DNA of 57,928 nt. Source: a virus. Each line of letters opens with the position of its first letter. Position 1 is the first letter of the stretch. The translations under genes and the position numbers were made by a program. This document shows, piece after piece, positions 23,787-33,400 of the stretch. The notes below the pieces were generated by a model. The model saw only the letters and a list, made by a program, of their open reading frames with translations, was not told where the DNA came from and did no database searches. Location of the stretch: positions 1 to 57,928 of the IMG/VR virus record IMGVR_UViG_3300028837_001486; one strand, given 5' to 3'.

Positions 23787-24696
23787 TCCGATAGGACGCT
23801 GGACGGAAGCCGCAATGCCCAGGCCAACGATCCCGCCCAGGCGACCAACACCAAGTGGCCCGATAGTGCTGCCAGGGCAGGCGCCACCAGCCGGGCCAAG
23901 CCGTTTCCGGCCTTCAGGGAGTGCCGTGGCCGCGAGCGAGAGGCGGACTCGCGGTCTTGCAACTGGGCCAAGAGCTCGATATGCACGGGCCTACATCCCA
24001 CAGCAACAGCAGCCTAGCTTCTTCATGCCCTCGGTAGAGGAGCAAGGAGCGGCCTATCGGATAGGGGCGGGTATAGACCCCCGCGCCCAAGCTGTCCAAC
24101 CGCCTGGCATCATGGACTGGATCAAGGCGGCGATGGACATCAAGGCGGCTGCGGATAAGCGAGAGCAGGATAGGCTTAACTGGGAGTACAAGGAGCTGCA
24201 AGACCAGCGCGACTGGGATGTGGCCAACAGGGAGTTCGCTGAGCTGCTTCGCCAGTTCCAGGTGACCTCTGGGGGCTTGGCAGATTGGCGACAGGGCCAG
24301 CTTGGCCAGCAGCAGGCTGATCTTGCACAGAGATACGCCCAGATGCAACAGACCGGTGCCTATAACCAAGCCTCCCTTGCCCAGAGATGGGCGCAGACGG
24401 AGATGGAACGCCAAGCAGCGGCTGCCCAGCTAGGCCAGCGGCGACGCGAGATGGGCGCCGACATCGGGCAGGGGATCGCCGGGATGCAATCGCAGCAGTG
24501 GGCGCAAGGGATGCCATATGCGCTTCCTTCGGGCACGATGTTCGCTCCAGGCATGGGGCCTGGTGGCCCGGTCAGCGAGATGGCCCGCAGGAGCGGCGTG
24601 AGCTACACGCCGCCGAGGCTTGCCAAGACTCCGCCGCCAAGCAGCGCACAGATGGAGGCGTGGATTTCGGACGCTATCGCCAAGTTCGGACAATAG
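23779..24696 (+). CDS. Pro-rich then Q/W/R-rich helical repeat protein
   Basis: ATG follows AGGAGGTGAG. The sequence includes NWEYKELQDQRDWDVANREFAELLRQFQ...ADWRQGQLGQQQ... Confidence 0.5.
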   Translation: MSDPIGRWTEAAMPRPTIPPRRPTPSGPIVLPGQAPPAGPSRFRPSGSAVAASERRTRGLATGPRARYARAYIPQQQQPSFFMPSVEEQGAAYRIGAGIDPRAQAVQPPGIMDWIKAAMDIKAAADKREQDRLNWEYKELQDQRDWDVANREFAELLRQFQVTSGGLADWRQGQLGQQQADLAQRYAQMQQTGAYNQASLAQRWAQTEMERQAAAAQLGQRRREMGADIGQGIAGMQSQQWAQGMPYALPSGTMFAPGMGPGGPVSEMARRSGVSYTPPRLAKTPPPSSAQMEAWISDAIAKFGQ

Positions 24697-24704
24697 GGGG
24701 GAGC

Positions 24705-25010
24705 ATGGACAGGGTAGGCTACATAGAGATCAGATACGGCGAACTGCGTGAGTTGCTGGGGTTGCCAGAAGACGCAATCATCAGAGACGTCTCTCGGCGC
24801 GCGGGCGATATGCACAACGTGATCCAAGTCAAGGTAGAGCATCCAGACCTGCCAGAGTCCCCAGAAGGATGGGTCTTGTCACCCTTCCGCATCCGGCGAG
24901 AGACGCGCCGCCTGCCATCTGGCGAGGTTCTGAAGAATGTGCCTGTGGACGGATGGCCTCTGTATCCCAATGACGAGCCGAAGGGGCGCTTTGTACCCAA
25001 AGTGAGGTGA
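24705..25010 (+). CDS. Hypothetical protein
   Basis: ATG 24705 follows GGGGGGAGC. Confidence 0.5.
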   Translation: MDRVGYIEIRYGELRELLGLPEDAIIRDVSRRAGDMHNVIQVKVEHPDLPESPEGWVLSPFRIRRETRRLPSGEVLKNVPVDGWPLYPNDEPKGRFVPKVR

Positions 25011-25013
25011 GAG

Positions 25014-26924
25014 ATGACTGACGTATTTGGCGGCAGTTCTTGGATGGCCCAACTAGCCCAGCAGATGTACCAGATGTTCATGGCCAACATGCAGCAAGAG
25101 ATGGCCACGGGCTACGTCACTCCGAGTGACAAGCCTCCAAACAAGTCCGACGCCTACAATGCCATCTATCAGTCCAGGCCAGACCTCCAAGCGCAGCACC
25201 AGGACAAGTATGGGGATTGGTCGGTTACTCGGTACATGGAACACTGGTGGGAAGGCAGTGGCGAGATGAGGGAAGGTCGCCATTGGACAGATCCCACAAC
25301 TGGTCGCGAGTGGGTCAACACCAGCGACGTGACGCAGGTACAGTTCGCAATAGCCAGGGGGTTCCTCAACCCTGGCCCAGGCGAAGAGGGCGACTATGGC
25401 ATGGCTCCCTCAGACCCGATGGCAGGGGACTGGCAACCGCCACTCAAGGGTAACGAGACGGAGGCGGAAATCGCGGCTCTGTACGCGGCCCACGTCCCAG
25501 ACGATGCTCCTTGGCGGCAGTGGCCTGAGAAGCAGAAGACCTTGGATCGAGAGGCGTTCGAGGCTGGTCAAGAACAGTGGCAGCAGGAGTTTCTGCGTGC
25601 GCAAGGTCTGGATGAGGAGGCTATACGGCAGTTCAATGAGGGCATGAAGCTTCAGAGAGACCAGTACGATACCGCTGTCGTGGAAGCCAACAGGCAGTTT
25701 CTACGCGCTCAGGGCTTGGACGAAGAGGATATGCGGCGCTGGGAAGCAGGCCAGGAGCAACTCAAGGAAGCCACTGCCGAAGACAAGCGCCGGTGGAACG
25801 AGACCTTTGCACGGGAGCAAGGACTGGACGAGGAGGCCATACGTCAGTTTGGCGAGCAGATGACCCTCTCCTACTACCAGGCCGACCAAGCACAGAGCCA
25901 GTTTGAGGCGGAGCACTTGAGGCTCATGGGTCTGGACGAACAGCAGGCTCTCCAGTTCCAGCAAACCCACCAGCTCGCACGCGACCAGTTCGATGTCGGC
26001 AACCAGCAGTGGCAACAGCAGTTTGGGCTTGAGCAAGCCTACTTTGACGAAGACAAGATGCGCTGGCGCTCTGAGTTCGACATAGCCGAGCGACAGTGGG
26101 ATGCGGAGTTTCTGCGGCAACAGGGTCTGGACGAAGAGAGTGTGCGTCAGTGGGAGGCCGAGCAAGATCGGCTAGACGAGCTAAGCGGCGAAGATAAGCG
26201 GCGCTGGAACGAGGAGTTTCTCCGACAGCAGGGCTTAGACACAGAGACAATGCGCCAGTTCGACGCCACGCATGAATTGGCGAGGCTGAACTATGAGGCT
26301 GGGAACAGGCAGTGGCAACGGCAGTTTGGGCTTGAGGAGCGGCAGTTCGATCGAGAGACGGGGCAGTGGGAACAGGAGTTTGGATTGGAGGAGCGTCGGT
26401 TTGGGTTGGAAGAGGGCTTCTTCGGCTTGGCTGGACAAGAGCAGACTGAGGTAGAGCGATACAACCGCCTCCAGCAAGAGCTTGAGATGATGGGCTTGAT
26501 GACCCAGCAGCAGGGGCCGAGAAACTGGCTGCAATACGGCGCTCTCCAAAGACAGGCGCAACCGGGGGGGCGCCCTGACTGGGAGCAGCGGCTACTGACA
26601 GGCGCGGGCTTTGCCCCGTTCCAGGGCGGTGGGCCGATGCCCGTGGCAACAGAAGGCGTCCAGTTCGGGCCGCAGCTCGAGGCTGGGTGGCAGCAGAACC
26701 TGATGGACAATGCCATGCAGCAGTACATCCAGCCACACCAGATCGGTCCACAGCAATGGGCGAACATGGCACCCTCAGAGAGGGAGCAGCTCATGGGCCT
26801 GGTAGAGATGCCACAGCAGTTGGGCGGCTATGGCGGATGGGCAGAGGACTATCTCGATCGGATGATGAAGGGTTGGCCGACGGGGGGCAATGTGCAGGGA
26901 GTTAGCGCATTCACGGGATGGTAA
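25014..26924 (+). CDS. 636-aa tandem-repeat protein with FLR.QGLDEE..RQ(F/W) and QFGLEE units; virion-internal or tape-measure-like candidate
   Basis: At least six QGLDEE-type and four FGLE-type units, with aromatic residues recurring at roughly 11-14 aa spacing. Confidence 0.55.
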   Translation: MTDVFGGSSWMAQLAQQMYQMFMANMQQEMATGYVTPSDKPPNKSDAYNAIYQSRPDLQAQHQDKYGDWSVTRYMEHWWEGSGEMREGRHWTDPTTGREWVNTSDVTQVQFAIARGFLNPGPGEEGDYGMAPSDPMAGDWQPPLKGNETEAEIAALYAAHVPDDAPWRQWPEKQKTLDREAFEAGQEQWQQEFLRAQGLDEEAIRQFNEGMKLQRDQYDTAVVEANRQFLRAQGLDEEDMRRWEAGQEQLKEATAEDKRRWNETFAREQGLDEEAIRQFGEQMTLSYYQADQAQSQFEAEHLRLMGLDEQQALQFQQTHQLARDQFDVGNQQWQQQFGLEQAYFDEDKMRWRSEFDIAERQWDAEFLRQQGLDEESVRQWEAEQDRLDELSGEDKRRWNEEFLRQQGLDTETMRQFDATHELARLNYEAGNRQWQRQFGLEERQFDRETGQWEQEFGLEERRFGLEEGFFGLAGQEQTEVERYNRLQQELEMMGLMTQQQGPRNWLQYGALQRQAQPGGRPDWEQRLLTGAGFAPFQGGGPMPVATEGVQFGPQLEAGWQQNLMDNAMQQYIQPHQIGPQQWANMAPSEREQLMGLVEMPQQLGGYGGWAEDYLDRMMKGWPTGGNVQGVSAFTGW

Positions 26925-27163
26925 GAGGAGGGAGAGAAGTGAGCTTTGACTACATCACCACTGAGACCCTCGTTGCTGGTTCTATCGCCTCTGTCAAGCT
27001 ATCAGAGGAAGCAGTGGGCCGTATTTTGCGAGAGCTGGAGCGACAGCGCAGAGCGAACCCAATCTGCTCTTGGTGTGGTGGGCGTCGGCAAGTCCATTCT
27101 ACTCCGAGCTGGCCCTACTTCTTCATGTCTGACAAGTGCCCGAATTGTGGAGGAGCGTTGTAG
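26918..27163 (+). CDS. Small zinc-ribbon protein
   Basis: CSWCGG...CPNCGG is present. Confidence 0.45.
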   Translation: MVRGGREVSFDYITTETLVAGSIASVKLSEEAVGRILRELERQRRANPICSWCGGRRQVHSTPSWPYFFMSDKCPNCGGAL

Positions 27164-27439
27164 ATGAGAGACCCTGTGTTGCACACGCACGTAGAGGACA
27201 TCCTGCCAAGCGGTCATCCTCTGGCCTTTCAGCACATTTCCTGTGACGGCCCTAAGTGCGGTAAGCTACTGCATTCCGCCAACAACGAGTGTATGCAAAG
27301 CTGGATCGAGACAGGAATGGGCAACTACTGCCTGCCTTGCTTCGAGATGCTAACAGAGGGGGCTGCCGACATATGGTGGGGGCTTCCAGAATCTGACTAT
27401 GACAAGAGAGTTATTCAGAGTGCAGGAGCGACAGGATGA
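27164..27439 (+). CDS. Small Cys-rich protein
   Basis: CDGPKCG...CLPCF is present. Confidence 0.5.
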   Translation: MRDPVLHTHVEDILPSGHPLAFQHISCDGPKCGKLLHSANNECMQSWIETGMGNYCLPCFEMLTEGAADIWWGLPESDYDKRVIQSAGATG

Positions 27440-30400
27440 ACTTTTGGGACTGGTTGCCAAAAGATGAGTATAGGGAGCATCAGAGGCGTCGGCCTCCACC
27501 GCAACCCCCTCAGCCTGCGTATGGGCCACCCGCGCCGCAGCCGCAGCCAGAACCGCAAGGATGGATGGCGAAGCTGTGGGAACAGGCGCAACAGTTGCTG
27601 ACGCCGCCTCAGCAGTCGCCCCTGCTGGGGACTATCGCGGGAACGCTTGGCATAGGGCTAGACGTACTCCAGGGGGAGACCACGCTGCCTCAAGTGGCAG
27701 CCGAGTATCGCCAGCGACTGGGGCAAGCCTGGCAAGCGCCACAGATGATGCCTTTGCGCTTGTCTCCATATGTTCCTCCAGAAGTATTACCGCCACAGTT
27801 GCGCCCACAGATGAGAATGCCCGCTCCCATTCAGGCTTGGGCGGAAATGGCCGCTGCAAATGTGCCAGCGCAGAAGGCGATGCAGACCGCGCAATTTGTC
27901 TCAGACCCTGTGCGACGATTGGCCGAGGCTGGCGTAGGGCGAACGATGGGGATGCTGACGGGCGAGCGTCCTGTACTACCCGAGCTGGCCAAGGAAGCCA
28001 TGCGTGCCCCTCTCAGGCCCTTACTAGGAGGCTTGGCCCAGTTCGTAGACCCCATTGAGCTGCTACGCGATCCAGCCAAGGTATCGGAGCAGGTGAAGGA
28101 ACAGTGGCAGCAGGACATAGAGCAGTTGTCGGCTGCGCCCTGGTTGGTGCGGCTCCTGCCGATGGCAATAGACGTTGGCATTAGCATGTTGGTGGGCAAG
28201 GGTGGCGCACCCAAGCCTATTATGGTAGCCCAGCGAGCGTCGTACATCACCTACGCGGCCACGGCGGAGCCTGGCGACCTGGCGGCGATGGCTGCCCTCT
28301 ACGCAGGCGGCAGAATGGCAGGGGAGGCCCTGGCGGGCTTGCGAGTGCGCAAACTCCTGTTCCGGGCAGGCCGTGACCCACGCGATATGGCCTTTGAGGA
28401 CGTAGACTCAGTCGCTGAAGCAGCGGCGGCGAAGTGGAGCCAGCAGCATCCTGAAGAGGCCCTGACGCCTGACCAGCTACGGCGAGTCGCTGAAGCGGCC
28501 ATCTATGGCCGACAACCGCCGCCCGACATGCCCTCTGGCGTGAACCTGCGCTGGATGGAGATTGGCAACGATCTGGTGGAGCGTTACGCACACGCGCAGA
28601 AGGCCAGCCTGGAACTCCTTTACGAGATGGACAAGAAGATGGCCTGGCTGACGAGGCTGGTCTCGGGCTGGCAAGACAAGACCAAGGACATTACGCTAGA
28701 GACGCCCGCAGGACTGACTCCCAACCTGGCAAGCGAGGTTGCGGAGAGTCTGGGCAGAACACAGCAGATCACGAGCGACACGCAAGCCTTGGCCATCTAC
28801 AACGGAGAGCAGAGCGGCTTGGGCGGGGCACTGGAACGTATAGCGCAGCGCATGAGGGACATCGGGCACGGCTACCTGGGCGACCTGCTCAGGGGCGAGG
28901 CTGGGGCGGTGAGATTGGAGCCCCCCGCAGAGCCAGCGGTGCCAGAGCCGCCTAAAGAGCCGTGGGAGATGACCACGGAAGCCCAGCAACGGATAGAGCA
29001 GGTCATCCGCAATATCAGGCGTCGAAAGTACAGCCGAATCACGCAACTAGATTATGCCAACCTGGGCATAGAGCTATTTGACGAACCACAATTTAGCCAA
29101 GACTTGGGAGTTGCTGTCAGTGATTTGGCGACCATATTTCCTCTCAAGCGCTATCCGTCTCAATTTGGCGGAAAGGGCATCATGCAAAAGCCCACGCCAG
29201 AAGAACTCCGTGGTATAGTGCCAGGGCTGGCTAACTACCTAAGAAAGTCAAAAGCCGACTTCTATCTTCGGCAAGGCAAGCCCGTACCCCCCGAAGTCCT
29301 GGCTGACTACCCTGAACTGGCCCCCCGCCGCGCACCAGAGATAGCCGAGCCAGAGCCGCCAGAAGTGCCCGCAACACTCTCCACTCTTCTGGATAAGGCC
29401 GAGACCAAGCGGCGACCTATCTGGACGAGCCGAGGCCCACAAAGCCCAGAAGTCCAAGGCTACAAGCTCCTGCGCGAGATGGAAGCCAGAGGCGAGGCGA
29501 CAAAGGTAGCCAAAGGCTACACCTGGCAGCGCGACCGAGGGAGGCTGACGCTCGTGAACCATGGCACCGAGGAGACACCAGACGTAGAGGTGGTCTTCAA
29601 TCGAGCGAGAGCACCCCTCGAGCTCCGCCCCGAAGTAGTGGAGCCAACACCCAGGCCAGTGCAACCCGACTTCCTCACACCAGAGGAGCGTCGGCCTGTG
29701 TTCGGAGCCGAGGGCCTGCCAAGACCAGTCGCGGAAGGCCCGCCAGAGGCATTGAGGCCGATGGAGGTGCCGCCAGAGGAAGCGGCGAGAAGGGAGAGAG
29801 AAGCGGCAGAAGCGGCGGGGCAGAGACGGCTGGAAGTCGTTCCCCCAGAGGAACCGCCAGACGCAATCAAGGAGCGCATCTGGGCAGAGGCGCGAGAGCT
29901 AGAATTGGCTGAGGAAGAGGAAACTGGGCTACGGGCACGCTATGGGGAGCTTGAGGAGCCGCCAGAACTGCCAGAGGCCCCAGCGGCAGCAGAGCCAGTA
30001 GAGGCAGGCCCTTCCATACCGTTCCGTCTAACCGAGCAGGTGCCGCTGGAAGACATCAAGATATTTCCAGAGAAGTACCAGCTTCGTAAGACGCCAGAAT
30101 CACCAGAGCTAGGCTTTGATGAGAGTGCTGTCAAGCGCATTATGCGGGAGTTTGACCCCGACCAGTTGACGGAGGTTCTGCTTAGGCGGATGCCCGACGG
30201 TTCTCTTGAACTCATGTCTGGGCATCACCGTATGGAGGTGTTCCGCCGCCTAGCTAAGAGTGGTTGGAAAGAGTGGCCTGCGGAGACCTTCAAGCGCATA
30301 CCGGCCAAGATACTTGAGAACCTTACAGACGAGCAGGCACTTGAGAAGGCTATCCGGGCGAACACTGACGTTCGGCAATTCACCCCATCAGAGTATGGTC

Positions 30401-33400
30401 AGATTCTGGCCAGGAAGGCCGCAAAGGGAGCAGAAGTTCAGGAGTTGGCGGCGTCATATGGGAAAAGCCCGCATTGGGTCCAGAGCCGTCTCTATATCAA
30501 CAACCTGCCTGAGAATGTCAAAGACGCTGTGGATCGAGAACCGCCATTGTTTAGCGTCTCTGCGGGCGCGGCCCTCGGGAAGGCGATGGAGCAATACAAC
30601 ATCCCCCCAGCCACTATCCAGTGGCTCTGGCTTCACGAGATTAGTCAAGCAGACCCTAAGTACAGTGGTGAGGCTATTGAAAGCCTCTTTGCCAGATATG
30701 CTCCCAGAGCCAAACAGATAGACCAACTGACGATGGACTTTGGCGAGCTACCTGGTATGGAGGGCCAACGGGATTCCTTCCTGACGGCCTTGCGTGAGAT
30801 GAGAGCAGAGGAGAAGAAGCTCAGGTCTGCGAGGCGAACATGGAACAGGGTGACGAGGCTGATTGACGACAAGCGGCGTGCAGGCGACTTAGTCTCTAAG
30901 AGACTTGAGCAGGGTTACGAGACTGCTGGTGAGGAGGTAGCGAAGATTGATGCGGCGATAGAGGCTATGGCACGCGGGCAGTTAGATCAGGCATTGGCCC
31001 AGGCACGGCGACCAGCCGTACCAGAGCCGCCAACAGTTGTACCAGAAGTGCCCGTGTCAGAGGAAGTCCCAAGGATTACACGCGAAGCCGTGCCAGAGGA
31101 GGCTCCAGAGGTTGTGCCAGAGGAGGCCCCAGAGGTTGCGCCGCCTGTCGAAGAGGCAGTGCCAGAAGTGTGGCAGATGACGCAAGATGAGTTCCTTGCG
31201 TACATTCGCGGCCCAAGGGCCGTGCCGCCGACAGAGCAGCTCCTTGGTGATGATGTGGCCATTGATAGGGCCAACCATGAGCGGGTTGTGCGGCGCGCAC
31301 TGGCAGAGGGTAAGCCGGTTCCCGCTAATGTACTAGCCGAGTATCCAGAGCTTGTGCCAGAAGCGGTCCCGTCCGTTGAAGAGATGCCGCCAGAAGTGCC
31401 CCCCGAAGCCCCACCGTCGCCTGTAGCACAAGCCATAGACCAGCTACAGCAAGCAGTCCAGCAACTGGCGGGGGCACTGACGCCAGCAACTCGCGCTGCA
31501 GAGCTTCTCCGTCCCGCTGCACCCCCGCTAGGCGCGGTGGGCCGTGCAGCGCGAGCGGCGGGGGCACCGGTCGTGCCGCCAGAGGAGCCACCGCCAGAGG
31601 AGCCACCGCCCATTGCTAAGCCGCCCACTCCAGATGAGCTATGGCCGCGCCCCCTAGACAACGTGGCGATGACTGCTATGCGACACGAGCCTGATGGTTG
31701 GCGCAAGATGAAGGCTTGGGCCGAAGAGCATTTCAAGCCATTGTCGTGGGCTATGGAGAAAATGGGTGTTGTGGGCGATGACCCGGTGGCAGACGCTATG
31801 GTCGTCCATGGATTCATCAAGGGGCTGGCGCGAACCGCTGAGCTAACTGTAGCAGAGTTGGATGCTATTTCTGACGGCGACACCTACAAGTTCTTTGGCG
31901 CAGACAAGAACGGGCTAATAACATACCAAGGCAAGCAATATCATGTGGGCGACCTGTTGGAGAACAAGCCCGAGACTCGATCTCTACCCCTTACGCCCGA
32001 ACAGACAGAGTTCAGGCAGAAGGGGTGGGACTTGGTTGATGACTTGTCTCGCCTTGCTGCCGAGGAAGGGGTTGAGATAGAACCCAGAGGCCTTCAGCCA
32101 GGGGAGCACCACTGGTTTAGGGCGATAGTATCTCACACCAACCCCATAACGGGCGAGGTGGAGTATGGAGTAGTCCGTGGTAGGCGTGGCGGCAGGCAAA
32201 TCGCAGCTGAGATGGGCATTGAGAAGGAGAGAGAGTTTGCGACCGCGCAAGAAGCTAGTGATGCGGGGTACGAGGTTGCTGACCCAGTAGAGGCAATGAG
32301 ATTTGCTTCGCGCCAAGTGTACACTCGCATAGCCGACGAGCGGGTGAGGGACATTGTGCTCGATTTCCTGCCTCATAGGAGAGCCGAGACAGGTAGGCTG
32401 GGAGAGGTACTGATAAGGGGCATACCTGGCGAGTGGTTCCCGTTCAAGGATGTCAAAAGGCTACTAGACCTGCTGGGCGACCTGCCCGAAACCAAGCTGG
32501 AGACTGCGGCCAAGGCTGCGGATATGCTCACCAACGTTTCCCGTATGTTCCAGGTGGGCTTTGATGCTGGCGGAGTAGCACTGCAAGCCCTTATCTCGGC
32601 AGCTCGCCATCCGGGAGTGTATTTTGAGGCCGTAGTGCGAGGCGAGGTGTCCAGCTTCTCGCCCAAGAGTATGGCTCGTTTCTATGCCCTACCCTGGGTG
32701 CAAGAGATACTCCGAACCTATGGCCCTTACGGGCTCCAGGGACCCGGGACGGCTCAGGAAACAGCGGGGGCTAGAACCATCCTTGGTAAGCGGGGCCTTC
32801 TGGGGAAGATACCCCTGGCGGGTAGGGCTGCCCGTGCTGGTGCTCGCATCTTTGACAATATGCTAGCGGCGCAGCGCATATTACTCATCAGAGCAGAGCA
32901 GCACAGGGCCAAGACGCCAGCAGACAAGGCCCAGCTAGTGCGCTTTGTCAACACCATCACTGGCACAGTGAACACCGCGTCGCAGGGGCTGTCTCGCAGG
33001 CACCGGGTAATGGAGGGCGCGACCCTATATGCGGGGCGGCTGCTGCGTTCTACTATTGCTGCCATCTTCGATGTTGCCCACGGGGGACTACGGGGGAAAC
33101 TGGCCCGCGAATCCTTGGGGGCCTATGCTATTGCAATGGTGTTGGGATACCTAGCTTGGTGCGGCCTACTAAAGCAAAAGCCCAAGCTGAATCCCCTGAA
33201 AGATGGCAGCAAGTTTATGACTGTCAAGATAGGGGATCAGTACATAGGGCCTGGCGGTTCCTACTTTATGATTGCACGGACTTTGATGCAAATGGCCCAA
33301 GACCCCAAGACTGCGGCTGAAACAGCGAAGCGATTCTTGAGAGGCAAGCTGGCCCCAGGTATCAGCACGGTTATGGACATCTACAACCGACGCGACTTCT

